From: Octopus vulgaris
Taxonomy: Eukaryota
NCBI GenBank assembly: GCA_951406725.2
Contig: OX597822.1
Span: forward strand, 34,534,001 to 34,598,000
DNA: 64,000 bases
Direction: 5' to 3'
Below are positions 1 through 14,006 of this stretch, piece by piece (position 1 is the stretch's first letter; each line of letters begins with the position of its first letter). The notes under the pieces are model-generated. The model was given only the letters and a program-made list of their open reading frames with translations. It made no database searches and was not told where the DNA came from. The position numbers were made by a program, and so were the translations under genes.

Positions 1-411
1 TACTCCATCAGGAGCAGAAATTCCATTTACATTCAGAAGACTGCAAATCCCCCTTTGCCATGTCCATTAACAAATCTCAGGATCAAACCCTCTCTGTAGC
101 TGGTCTTCTCTTGGAAGAGCCCTGCTTCTTGCATAGGCAACTGTATGTTGGCTGCTCAAGAGTAAGAACCAAAAGAAACCTTTTTGTATATGCTACACAA
201 GGAAAAACAAGGAACATTGTTTACAACGAAGTGTTATAATCTCAACAGCCAGGAGGTATATACATGATCCCCTTTTTTTAACAAACGTCATGTACTTTCA
301 TGTATTTATATTAATATACATATATTTGTGTGTGTATCCATATATATATATAACAGAAAAGTCTAATTCTTCTATTGAATGTAACTGGGCAACGCCGGGT
401 ATCTCTGCTAG
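1..411 (+). mobile_element. 3' end of a Helitron with PIF1-helicase C-terminal remnant
   Basis: Translates FAMSINKSQDQTL..AGLLLEEPCF.H.QLYVGCSRV..GKTRNIVYNEVL* (stop 237-239). Terminal hairpin ctgggcaacgccggg, then CTAG (408-411) followed by T. Confidence 0.9.
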
Positions 412-505
412 TTTTATTATAAAAGCAAAACACCACAGAGGAATCGACGTAAACTTAAATAATAAACCGCGATAGGTGAACCACGATATGTCGAGGGTTT
501 ATTAT
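412..505. mobile_element. Right end of a Tigger-like MITE (same family as 50625-51272; another end at ~48215-48302)
   Basis: cagaggaatcgacgtaa..aataataaaccgcgataggtgaacc.cgatat..cgaggg is shared with 51200-51272 and 48240-48300. Confidence 0.65.
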
Positions 506-699
506 ATTGCTATTTTTGCTGGACGTTTGTATTTCTTTTGGCAAAATCTTTACACAGTATAACTGATCTCTCCTTCAACAATTGCTAAACAAATTTACAT
601 CATTGTAAAGCTCCATCAACAATGCGAAAATATAACATCAACTTAAGAAATGTCACCATATTGTTCATAATGTGATATTTTGTATTTTTAAATGTGCAT

Positions 700-1260
700 T
701 CTGTTGAATAAGCATTGATGATTTGCAAATGAGATCCACCAACTTAAGATACGATATCATTGTATAATACAGAATATCATTTCTCTGACATCACGTATAC
801 AGTCTTTTAAGTTTCTAGCTTCTACACAAATACATCTTTCATGGATAAACATTATTATGCCGTTTTCCATGTCCTTTTAACTTACTGTTTCTCTTTGCTT
901 TAGGCATTAATCTTCGTCGTTTACTTTCACTTACTGATATATTATTCTGCTGCATTTTGCTGTCTCATTAATCTTTAATATTTAATACTTCCAAAGACGA
1001 TTTCTAAGGTATTGTTCGATAAGCCATCAAATATTTCCGATGCTTTAAGTAATGGCATATCGTATTCCTTATATATTAAATTCAGACAGTGACATCTTAT
1101 TATCAATCTAGTGGCGTCTTATATAAAATTATGTTCAACTTTCCCCGCATAGTAATACTGATTTCTAAAGCAAACAGTCCTAGACACACATTTTAAGACC
1201 GTCGGCAACTATATTTGCAATGTCATGATATATATTTCCTTGTATTAAATGTCGCTAAAA
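700..1260 (-). pseudogene. Possible highly degraded hAT transposase remnant
   Basis: Minus strand has RCHCLNLIYKE (resembles the hAT CxxHxLNL motif) near 1070-1100; many stops and frameshifts. Confidence 0.25.
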
Positions 1261-2016
1261 TATGCTGCAGCTGTCATCTCATCGAATAATCATTCGGAAT
1301 TCGGACAACTAAGAGACGATTTCCCCGGATTTCCTTTGCCTATGTGTTAGTTTCAAACGACTTGTAATTGAACAAAGGATAAAGGCCATTCTTCTTTTCC
1401 ATAATTTATAAAATGCAATAAATATAGATTTATAGAAAGGGTCGTGTGTCGTGTTACACTCTAAGCGTTACTTGAAGTCAATAACTTGGAGACGGAATTC
1501 TTGCTTAGCGGTCAAATTCTATGTAAATGTGGTTCGTGTAAGAAGAGTCTGAATTTATATTTAGTAGATGTTCTCTTTATCATACCTTTAATCTTGAATT
1601 CAATTTAATTCTTATTACGCGTATTATAGATTTGAAGAAAAGCAACACGAATCTACTTCGGTACCAAAATTATTGATCCTTAATGCTGTATCACGACCTG
1701 CTAGAAATAATAACCAAACCTTCCTTAGATGTCATTTTAGTGTCTTCCAGAAGAGAAATACTCATTTGATAATATAATTCCCGTTATTACTAAAAATATG
1801 GGATGGTCCAGACTGGAAGGCTTTTGTTAATAAATCTATTTGCTCAATTATAACTAATCTGAGGTTCACCAGCAGTAGCAGCAACAACAATGGCAACAAT
1901 AGAAACGCCAGACCCAAGCGTTAAACACATTAACGCAGGATGTTTTCTTACAGTTCTATAGAATGCAGGAGATTATTGCCCGATGACATGTATGTGACAT
2001 CTAACGAGGATGTTGT

Positions 2017-2482
2017 CTTCTTCTTCTCCTTCTTCTTCCAATCAGGACTCACGCCATTAGCCACAAAGAATAATCTCTAATTCGAGCCTACTCTAAGCTA
2101 CTAAGAATGCGTGTGGCAACTTGAAGATCCACCCACCACATGCGATAGACTGGTGGTTGCACGGGCACGAAAGCTTTTAACGGTTGGAGAGCTGAACCAT
2201 CCTGGGGTACAGAGGATTCGCAATCTAGACTAGAGTCTGAAAGTTTACCACACCATGGTTCCTCTGCTTTGTGTTAGAAGTAGGAAGAAAGACTGAGAGA
2301 AAATTGTGGTGAAAGAGTACAGCGGGGTTCACCACCCCTCCCCGCCGGAGCCTTGTGGAGCTTAGCTGTTTTTGCTCAATAAACACTCACAATGGAATCT
2401 CAATAAACACTCACAATGGAATCGAAACTGCGTTCTTACGACCGCGAGTGCGCTGCCCTAAACACTGGCCCATTGCGCCTCC
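2017..2482 (-). mobile_element. SINE family A variant: tRNA-like head, alternative body, (GAA)n tail
   Basis: Head is similar to 4200-4327. Body (aatcaggactcacg..ccacaaagaataatctctaattcgagcc..) recurs at 55140-55598. Confidence 0.75.
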
Positions 2483-2957
2483 CGAAGGTGTTGTTCTTTT
2501 GTCGAACTCCACTAATTGAACAGACCTATAATTATAGATATTCTATCACGGACCATCCCTATTTTCCCCTCTACATTTCTCAATACAGTTGTGTAGTACG
2601 TTAACAAAGAAAAGGTTTCCTCTTTGACTTCTTTAGATAAAGTAATATATAAAAAAACAAAAACAAGGGAGATGAATATTTTAAACTTTTAATATACCAC
2701 TTCAAATTGAAACAAATTGCACTTATGACATGGCTAGGGTAGGGTATAGGCATGGCTATGTGACTAAATCATTAGTAATCATATAGTCCGGCATCTAATA
2801 CAATTATACTGTACCTTGATACGGCAGATGCATTACACAAACAAAAACACATTAAAACAGAAAAAAATATACTACTTATTAAACGGATAAGAATTTTTAA
2901 AAAATCATAAATCAAAATACATCTATTAAGCCTAACCAGAAACAAACAGTTGAAATA

Positions 2958-3342
2958 TCTTTATATATAAAAGAGAGGTTGTGTGTCTGTCTCCTACGAT
3001 TTAGATTCCTAACCACTCCCACATTTTGCGGTGCAGTTTAACCAACACCGGGTATCTTATAGTCGTGATTCATATCGAGCCCTTCTGGGTATTAGCGCGC
3101 GTCTACGATGAGTCTACGATTAAAAAAAAAAATTACCATCATTTTTTTCCATTTTAATGCATTTTTTTGCTATTATATAGGGGAAGTAACTCTCTAAAAA
3201 TGTCTGCGATGAGTCAACGATTAAAAAAAAATTACCATCATTTTTTTCCCATTTTTTTGCTATTTTTTGGCTATAACTCTCTAAAAATGCTTATATAGTT
3301 ATTTCCCTTACAAACCCGAGCAACGCCGGGCGATACTGCTAG
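2958..3342 (+). mobile_element. Complete non-autonomous Helitron (385 bp)
   Basis: A|TCTTTATATATAAAAG 5' end; cccgagcaacgccggg hairpin and CTAG|T 3' end; no TSD; internal ~100 bp imperfect tandem duplication (3100-3290). Confidence 0.9.
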
Positions 3343-3976
3343 TATTACATAAAAACAAACAAACAAGAGAACATATTCAGAATGAAAAATCTTATCAACA
3401 TTGTACCACAAATCTGAAAGTCATAGAAGAATGTTTCAGACAAACCAATGTAATACGGAAACGTGAATGGAACTGCGAAATTTGGAAAGATGAATGACTT
3501 TGATTTATCGTGTTGTTGTGTTGTGGTTAACATATTGGATAATTAAGGAGAAAAAGGATTATCTTCTATAATTTGTTGAAGTCATTGGACTGCAGCTATG
3601 CTGGGGCATCGCCTTGAAAAGATTAGTCGAATAAACTGACACCAGTATTTATTTTTGAGTCTGGTACTCAATTATATCGGTAATATCTGTTGAACCTCTA
3701 AGTTACGGAAATTTAAACAAAAGATGGTAGTTGTCAAGTGGTTTAGGACTCCAACACATACACATGCACACATACATATACGATGCCTACAAAATTCATT
3801 CACAAGACATTGGTCAGCCTGAATATATAATAAAAGACACATCTCCAAAGTGCCGCGCTGTAGGATTGAAATTAGAACCACGTGGTTGCAAAGTAAGCTT
3901 CTCAACGACAATTTGTTTTTCACTATAGATAATTCACAATTCGTTGTGTGTGAAATTAAACCATATGGGGATGGAA

Positions 3977-4327
3977 GCACTCCGTCGGTTACGACGACGA
4001 GGGTGCCGATCAACGGAACAGCCTGCTCGTGAAATTAACGTGTAAGTGGCTGAGCACTCCACAGACACGTGTACCCTTAACGTAGTTCTCGGGGATATTC
4101 AGCGTGACACAGAGAGTGAAATACAGGTACAACAGAAACAGGAAGTAAGAGTGAGAGAATGTTGTAGTGAAAGAGTACAGCAGGGATCACCACCATCCCT
4201 GCCGGAGCCTCGTGGAGCTTTAGGTGTTTTCGCTCAATAAACACTCACAACGCCCGGTCTGGGAATCGAAACCGCGATCCTACGACCGCGAGTCCGTTGC
4301 CCTAAACACTGGGCCATTGCGCCTCCA
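3977..4327 (-). mobile_element. tRNA-derived SINE, family A (near full length)
   Basis: Head ggaggcgcaatggcccagtg..ggtttcgattcc (A/B-box-like). Other copies at 19345-19695, 23348-23706, 25103-25300, 30700-30787, 40290-40458, 47640-47965. Confidence 0.85.
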
Positions 4328-4627
4328 CCTAAACCATATACGCCTCTTACTACACAAATAGTCTTTTAGAGAGAAAATTGAGGGATTAAAATGATTTCAC
4401 TGCCGCAATAACAATAATCCTTATTCGGAGATTAACTCCAGGGTTTTTGAGTATTCTACCTGGCAAACATGAGAAATGTATATTCATACATAAGTAAAGA
4501 GGTACAAAACTTGAAAATAGCCTAAAGTTAATTTTATATAGCACTAATTATACGGCTTTTTCTCTATATGTCTGTGTGTCTCTCCCTTTCTTTCTCTCTC
4601 TCGCTCGCGTGTGCGCTCTCTACCTCT

Positions 4628-5054
<427 letters not shown>

Positions 5055-5326
5055 GTATTTTGTTTTAGGCTATGTGGGTAAGGATAGATGTGGGGTTGCT
5101 GTATTGCTCATGTTTTTCCCCCAACGTCATCGTCGGCGTGAGTAAAATATATGGTTCGAAATAATACGTGAATGCGTGTTAAGAAAAATTGCTTAACAGA
5201 TATTAACCCGATCAATCAAAATGGAGTCTGATGAGAAGTTACACACATACACACGCATCGCTTACAAACGCCTCGACGCGTATATAGATATGCATATAGA
5301 TATGCGCACACTAAAGACAGGAGAAA

Positions 5327-5357
<31 letters not shown>

Positions 5358-5361
5358 AGAA

Positions 5362-5414
<53 letters not shown>

Positions 5415-6305
5415 GGAATAGACAGAGAAACGGACCAGAAGACAGACAGAGAAATAGAGGTAGAGAAAGGCAGACAACGGCAGACAAAAGAAAACCGAGT
5501 CAAAGAATATTTTGTCAATAAAATATTCCAATACGCAAATTGTCGACCAATGACACGTTTTTGTTCTCTGCATCGATATAGTACTAATTGTTAGTTATGA
5601 TGGATGGCTAAATAGATGGAAGCATGGATAGATGGAGAGATGGATAGTAGAGCCTGCTTGGCAATAAGTGAATATCGTTCGTTCGTGTGTTGGTTGTATT
5701 TTTGATATTTCCTTTTCGGAATATAAAGGCATAAACCGTTGTTTTACATGGCATTGCTATGTTCTTTAAAAAAAAATACCATTGTGTCTGGGTTTACTTA
5801 CATATTTAATCAATAACTGAACAAACTAACTATACCATACATTATTTCATGTTCCAGTCGAAATAATAATCTTTCTATTATGAATTCATGAATTTAGTCC
5901 ATTTGATTTGACGTTGACTTTCTCATTGTTATTTTCATTTATCAAAATTGATTTATTCTATAACGGAAAAAAAACCCCTTATAAACACCATACATTTCCA
6001 TCTCTTTTATTGATTCTCAAATATACCTTTTCATTGTTGTAGACACTATTTCTAACGTGACATTAATTGTCTTCGTTATTTTTCCTATTCATTTAGCAAT
6101 GAAAAGACACGTCCATGCAGTTTTGTTGCGTAGCACTACAGTAGTGGGAAACGAAATATTTAAAATCCATATTCCAAAATTGTTGACAGGTTTGGAAGGA
6201 TTTAAGTGTGAGCAGTAACAAAAACCATGTTTCATTCCATTCTTTTCTTTTTTACTTGTCCTCTGCCCTTCCCTGTCTCCCCCGGCTATTCTGAATATAT
6301 ATATG

Positions 6306-6365
<60 letters not shown>

Positions 6366-6366
<1 letters not shown>

Positions 6367-6994
6367 TAGAGCTGACCCCGTACCGTCAAAAATCACTCCT
6401 AATTAAAGTATTTTATATGTAAATAAGGTACAAAATAAGCAAACATACAAGCATTCACATACTTACCTTGTTCACTCACAAACATACACACATATACTCA
6501 CACAGAGTTGAAAGACAGTTTGATATTCCTTTTCAACGTTGAATGTTCACCATCGCATTTCCATTGTACACGCATGCGCGCGCACACACACACACACGTT
6601 CACATGACTCCCTTTTATATACACACACATATACTCACGCAGAGTTGAAATGGTGTTTGATTTTTTTTACCATAAAACTTCCATCACTACCAAGTCTGCC
6701 ATCACTCCTTCCTTCGTAATTCATCTATCACTCCTTCCTTTCTCATTCACATGTTATGACGGAGAAAAACAGAAAATACACGACGCACTCTTTTCTACTT
6801 CCTCTCTCTCTCATTGCTATTACATTCTCTCACTCCCTATCATTCAGAACTATTACTCTCACTACTTCTCCTTCACTTATTTAATATACTCTCTCCTCTC
6901 CCTTCACTTTCTCCTACTTTCTCCTACTTGATGTTGGACATATATATATATATATATATATTTATTTATGTATGTATATATATGTACTTATATG

Positions 6995-7051
<57 letters not shown>

Positions 7052-7098
7052 CACACACAAACATATAAAAACACTACGCTCGTTATTATATTAGGAGA
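6366..7098 (-). mobile_element. Candidate old non-autonomous Helitron
   Basis: Minus strand starts A|TCTCCTAATATAATAACG and ends with a weak GC hairpin plus CTAA|T. Confidence 0.4.
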
Positions 7099-7668
7099 TA
7101 TGTATGTCTATATCTATGAATGTCTATAAAATATATAAATGTATATATGAGTTTGTGAGTGTATACGTATGTAGATAAAATGTAACCAGTAACATGGTCT
7201 CGCGCCAAGCAGTACATGGATGGTTCGAATCCCGTAGGTGTGCGCCTGTATCACTTTCTGTCTCTAATCATTTCATAAATTGTCAACTATAATAACGATA
7301 ATACAACAACAATAATATGAAGACACACTTACACTTACACACACACACACACGCACGCAAAGATATATACATATTTTAGTACATATACGACAGACTGCTT
7401 TCTGTTTCTGTCTACAATATCCACTCACGACGCCTTAGTCGCACAAAGCCCTAGTAGAAGGCATTTGCCCAAGTTTCCACGCAGTGGGACTGAACCCAGA
7501 ACCATTTGGCTGGGAAGCAAACTTCTTCTCCACACAATCAAAACTGCCATTCAACATTTGTTGTTTCCAGATTATTTTCTGTTTGCTTCTCAGTTATTCC
7601 GTCCACTGACAATTTAACTGGCCATGTTCAAACCTATTTGAAAACATGCACAAGTGGTGGAATATACA

Positions 7669-7795
<127 letters not shown>

Positions 7796-8488
7796 TATAT
7801 ATATATGTGAGTCTATGCGTTGAATGTCATATTAACCAAGGATGACGACCTTCGTGATCTGGAAACTTTCATCAACTTATTAAATTCACCCAATATCAAT
7901 ATGAAATAATAATATTGGATTTGGCTATATACCTGCAAAGACACCCATAATCGTTGACAGAACATCAGTCAATTTGTTAATGAAGCCACGGCGAATGCTA
8001 TAGGCTACTTTACCACGCTAAAATGTATGCTACTTACTTTAAACCGAAAGTGTTTGCTGTTGGCATTACGCTCGGCGGAGTTGAAATCCCATGCTAGTGA
8101 TTATATACCACACAAAACAATTACTTTGCAGCAATCGTCACAATAACCGACAAATTGCTGACAATTCATCGGCCATGATACTACCGTTCATTTCAATTTA
8201 CACAGCTCAAATATTGTTCGTTCTCCTCGCGGGGACTAACGTACTTCGATGAATTATGTGAAATTTAAAAATATGAAATGATGCACATATACAGTCATAG
8301 GTCAACCTGCAACGCAGACTACTATTAAAAAGATCCATTGTAGCTCATATTACACACGCCATTACAGCCTAGTGTTCACGAACCTTTATAGCGTACAGTT
8401 CAAAGTCAGCGTAACTCACAGTTCATACGACATCGGAGCTGACGGTTACACAACGTTTGCTGCCTCAATAGAATCATTACTACTAAAT

Positions 8489-8896
8489 ATATTTCTTTAC
8501 TACCCACAAGGGGCTAAACAGAGAGGGGACAAACAAGGACAGACAAACGGATTAAGTCGATTACATCGACCCCAGTACGTCACTGGTACTTAATTTATCG
8601 ACGCCCGAAAGGATGAAAGGCAAAGTCGACCTTGGCGGAATTTGAACTCAGAACGTAGTGGCAGACGAAATACCTATTTCTTTATTACCCACAAGGGGCT
8701 AAACACAGAGAGGACAAACAAGGACAGACAAACGGATTAAGCCGATTACATCGACCTCAGTGCGTAACTGGTACTTAATTTATCGACCCCGAAAGGATGA
8801 AAGGCAAAGTCGACCTCGGCAGAATTTGAACTCAGAACGTAACGGCAGACGAAATACGACTACGCCTTTCGCCCGGCGTGCTGACGTTTCTGCCAG
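8489..8896 (-). mobile_element. SINE family B concatemer (head plus two ~184 bp units)
   Basis: Unit atttcgtctgcc..gagttcaaattccgccgaggtcgactttgcctttcatcctttcggggtcgat..taagtaccag is repeated head to tail. Confidence 0.85.
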
Positions 8897-10248
8897 ATGT
8901 CCCATTCTGCTAGTCTCTCTGCAGCTTTTAGTTGTGTGCTTAGCTGACCACATAACTAAAAGCTGTAAAAGTCTAATCCACCATTGACATTTTTTATCAT
9001 AACGAAATTATCTGCTCCAAATGAGCGACACTAAAAATGATCTTGTATTTTCAATTCAGAATTTATATTGGCTAACTCATTTCAATGGGAACGATAACCT
9101 TTCATAGTATTGAACAGATATTTATCGTTATATGCGTTAATTAAAATGTCATTTTATCTACAGCAAGTGGTTTGTTGTTGACATATTGTATATTGGAACA
9201 ATAATTACTCAACCGCTATGAGACTACCGCTAGCAAGATGTAGAGATGAACTTATATGTACAGATATTAATAAATGCAATTGCTATGCTTTACTCGTTTT
9301 CTCCGGGTATCCACTTTATTGTTTTAACCTTTCTCTTTGTCTCTCACAATGCATGTGTTCAGTTAAAGACTACAATTCACCACTACAGAGTTCACAGTTT
9401 AGTCACACTGAAGTGAAGTAGGATCAAATACAAAATATTTATTGTTAATTACTCAATCACATCATCGAAGTGATTAACTAGATAATGATAGTTATTATGT
9501 CTATTTGTCAGGTCTCGCAGTACTAGACAGATATTTACAGACTAATTTTTAACCAACGCCGTACGTTTAAGGAAATAATTCGTCTCATATACAATATATT
9601 CATGCTAAGAAAATCATAACAGAAGGACAGATTTCAATGGCCATTTCAACAGCAGCTGTACATCTTCTTTATCTGTCCATAAACATTTTAATCCGTTAAC
9701 ATTCTTTCTAAGTTTAGCACAAGATCAATAATTTTGGGATAAAAGGGAAGTCGATTACCTCAGCCCTATTGTGAAATTGGAACGCATATTATCGCCACTC
9801 ATAGGACTAGCAACCTTCAAGCTAACCTCCGTGGTATTTGGACTCAGAATATAAACATGAGGAAGAAATACCGCTAAGCATTTTCTCCGGTGCGGCAACA
9901 ATTCTGCCAGTACACTGCCATTTATTAATCTACGTCTAGTAAATGCATTCGTAAACTTAAAATACCAATTTGCATATAACGTTTACATGGTAGGTAGATC
10001 GAAGATGAAATTGGATTTTGTTTATTACTGTACTCTTTACCGTAGAATATATCTAGTTATTGTTCAGCCAGTGATGTGTGTATATGCGTGAGTGGTGTGT
10101 TGTGTGTGTGTGTATGTGTATGTGTGTGTGTGTGCGCGTGTGTGTGCGGGTGCGCGTGTGATGCATCAAATTAATATATTGGTTCGAATTGTTCCATATA
10201 TATCTACATGTCTATATCTATATCTATCTTACTATATATATCTATATG

Positions 10249-10315
<67 letters not shown>

Positions 10316-10407
10316 TATATGTATATATATATATCTATAATGTATATATATATGTAGGCATATATATATGTATATATATAAATATATATATAATGTATAT
10401 ATATGTA

Positions 10408-10464
<57 letters not shown>

Positions 10465-10475
10465 ATGTATATATG

Positions 10476-10523
<48 letters not shown>

Positions 10524-10524
<1 letters not shown>

Positions 10525-11239
10525 TTTGATATTAATTGATTTATCACCATCGACTACAAAACAGTTTACAATTCCCAATGAATTTAGTTCTAAATAGTTG
10601 AACACTTAATGCTGCATAAAATCACCTAAAAATAAATAACTACGGCACCACTCCTTTATCTTGACGCCCGCTATTTTTCCTCTGCTACACTCTAAATTAT
10701 AGCAGGCTTAATAAGATATACGTTATATATATCTTCAGGGCAAGTGAGTGAGTACATTGGCTTAGCTACATTCTTCAAGAAGGCGCAAAAATATCTCTAA
10801 GCTACCTGAAAATTATCACAATAACTACGCACCGAATTCGGGCAGATAAAGGACAAAGATTCATGAAAAGGTTTTAATTACATATCTATTGATTTCATCA
10901 TAAGTATAATACAACCCAATTTTTATGTGCACTCGGTTGTATTACACTGATGATGAACAGAAAAGGAGTTTCGCTTTAATCTTGAAATCAATTGATGTGT
11001 ACTTAAAACATTTTCATGAATCTTTTTCCTTTATTTATTCGACGTGTATTTCTTATGATAATTTTAAGTTAGCTTAGAGTCATTTAGCGTCTTCTTTAAG
11101 CATGTGGTAAAGCCAGTGTACTTACTCGCTTGGCCTGAATAATAATTTATAAGTCTGTTAATTTTACCTTAGCCGGTTTATTACATGCTAACTACCTGAT
11201 AAAATCACATATAAATTTTAACCTGAATTTATATATATG

Positions 11240-11333
<94 letters not shown>

Positions 11334-11356
11334 GTGTATATATATATATATGCATG

Positions 11357-11403
<47 letters not shown>

Positions 11404-11833
11404 TAACAAGGATGTAAGGAGTCAATACATTATGGCCGTTTCAAGCGGCTCTATTTAATTCATCGCTGAATACATCAATTTGAAGGAAACTACTCTCTTC
11501 GGGCTCAGATGATCATATAAATTTCAAACTTAAAGGATAAACCATTTTCAACGAATTTACATCAATGAAAGAAACCAAAATAATTACATTGTTTCTTTAT
11601 GCTATATATGTGCCAGAATGAGTTTAGAAAATAATGCATATCTTATTAAGCCTACAATGATTTACAGAGTAGCAGAGGCAAAATAGTGGGCATCAAGATA
11701 AAGGAGTGGTGCCGTAGTTATTTATATTTAGATGATTTTATGCAGCATTAAGTGTTCAACCATTTAGAGTTAAATCCATTGGGAATTGTAAACTGTATTG
11801 TAGTCGATGGTGATAAATCAATTAATATCAAAC
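10524..11833. repeat. Nested long inverted repeats (outer arms ~10524-10719 / 11638-11833; inner arms ~10733-10897 / 10983-11139)
   Basis: gtttgatattaattgatttatcaccatcgactaca vs tgtagtcgatggtgataaatcaattaatatcaaac. The near-identical ORFs 10315..10605(-) and 11752..11943(+) reflect this repeat. Confidence 0.85.
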
Positions 11834-12440
11834 AATCTCCCAGACCCTCATTGTACCGGAACCATATATCTAGCTTTATCTACTTAAGAGGATATGTCGC
11901 AGAGCTGCTAGTAAGAGAATGGCTGATGGGGAAGAGATGGTAACTAGAATGTAGGATAGGGGTCACCAATACTTATTTAGATTATCGAATAAAGGGGAAT
12001 ATAATAAAAAAGAAAAGAGATAAATAATATACGTCTTAAGGACGGAAATTAGAATTGAAGGATACGGGAAATAGTAATTCATAACTTATCATATTTAACT
12101 GTGAAAAAATTTAAATCAACATATAGAAAAAACATGGAAATTAAACTTAAAACCTAATAATGGGATTCTTTAATATATATGAAAAACGTATATAGACATT
12201 TCCTAAGCGCACTGTTAAAACCATTCTGCAATGTGTAACTGAAATAAATTATCGTCTGAGTAGTAGTAAATAGTATATATAAAGCAATAACAAGGAATGT
12301 TCTCTTCATTACGGGTGGATAAGTATAAGATATCGAAAATATAGAATCGAATATAACATATGAAAATATAATATATAAATAATGGAGATGTACTTGCATA
12401 GCAAGTGACCTGGTCTGAGATCGTGTGCTGGAACGAAAGA

Positions 12441-12702
12441 AATTGCAGCGTGGAAGGTGTTTATAAGCCATTTAAGAAACACAAAATCCGTTAGATTCAC
12501 TTCAACATTTAAATTTAATTTGTCAAAATATTTTCGTCGCTTTGAGACCACGACCTGTTCACTGACAAAATTCCGTGCTTGAACAGGTCGCGGTCTCAAA
12601 GCGTCGAAAATATTTTGACAAATCAAATTTAAATGTTGAAGTGAATCTAATGGTTTTGGTGTGTTTCTTAAATAGTATATAAACACCCTCCACTCTGCAA
12701 TT
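12441..12702. repeat. Fold-back palindrome, ~120 bp arms and ~19 nt loop
   Basis: tttgtcaaaatattttcgtcgctttgagaccacgacctgttca vs tgaacaggtcgcggtctcaaagcgtcgaaaatattttgacaaa. Confidence 0.9.
12519..12569 (-). ncRNA. Candidate minimal type I hammerhead ribozyme, G3:C8 core variant
   Basis: TTTGTCA-GTGAACA-G-GTCGT(GGTCTCAAA)GCGAC-GAA-AATATT-T-TGACAAA: 7 bp stem I, 5 bp stem II, palindromic stem III. Confidence 0.55.
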
Positions 12703-12987
12703 GTTTTTGTTTAATATATAAATATTATATTAAATTACATTATATTATATTACACACACACACACACACACGCACACACATATGTATACATTTTATTAAA
12801 TCTGCAAAACTATCACAGAGCTGTTGCTCAAAGTATCACGTCATCGTTTGTCGGACATTTTTGAGGAAATCTCTGAGTAACAGTTATACAGTTGTGTGAT
12901 AATCTTGCAGCTCTGATAAAAAAGCACCTTCGGTATTCGAATATTACTTTTCCCAGTTTGTTTTGCATTTGTGCTCACTTGTGTGCA

Positions 12988-13085
12988 TATTATTATTATT
13001 ATCATTATTATTATTATTATTATTATTATCATTATTATCATTATTATCATTATTATTATTATTATTATCATTATTATCATTATTA

Positions 13086-13129
<44 letters not shown>

Positions 13130-13450
13130 GAGTGAGAGAGCAGTGTATGCTATCAAAGTGACACTGGGGTAAAATATACGAAGCCCAGTATGCCCATCAT
13201 GACTACCCATCTGATAAGGTTACACCAGGCACATGCATCACAACCATCTGTGCGCGACATGGGGATCTCATATCAAGATAAACAGTGCATGACTTTGCAG
13301 GTGAGGCCCAGTTAGAATTTTCTTCAGGTCGAGTAACCCATCCCACTCAAAAGGTCCCTGAATAAGGGTTGTTTAAGGAAGTTGAACGAAACAGCCATGT
13401 TTCCAGAGGTGAATTATTCAAACTCCAGAGAACCCCTCTCAACACATGGC
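12988..13450 (-). mobile_element. Interspersed retroelement 3' fragment ending in a long (TAA/TGA)n tract
   Basis: (TTA/TCA)n at 12988-13128 abuts a GC-richer ~320 bp block; family not identified. Confidence 0.4.
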
Positions 13451-13805
13451 TATCAAACTGGGACCCTCAGAAAAATCTCTCGCTCAATATCGATCTCTTT
13501 ATCCCTCTCTCCCTCGCGCCCACACACATTTATAAGCGTGCGCACGTACGTACACACACACAAACAAACACAGTATGACTCGAAAACTTTTCCCATTCTT
13601 CACAAGAAATCCATTTCATCTAGTGATAATTAATTTAGTTATAATTAATTAATTGTATTATTATGTTTTATGCGAAACACAACACTGAATAGGAAATGAT
13701 TACATATCGCTTTAGAAGCAAGAGACAGAGAAATATTTGATGCGATAATTACTGTATTAGTGATGAGGATAGCCAACTTCTGTGGCAGGTACCTATGTTC
13801 TTTTG

Positions 13806-13856
<51 letters not shown>

Positions 13857-13955
13857 ATATATATATATAAATACATATATATGTGTATATACATATGCAT
13901 ATATATATATACATATATATGTGTATATACATATGCATATATATATATATACATA

Positions 13956-14006
<51 letters not shown>

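Noticed and set aside
7850-8480. GC-richer block that might be an exon or transposon relic
   Set aside because: No recognisable motif, long ORF or paired splice sites found by eye.
8760-8987. Recurrent peptide MRNWYL..RPRKDERQSRPRRNLNSER in several ORFs
   Set aside because: Antisense translation of SINE-B units, not a gene family.
12841-13210. Poly-Asn/Ile/Leu/Tyr ORFs
   Set aside because: (TTA/TCA)n trinucleotide tract.
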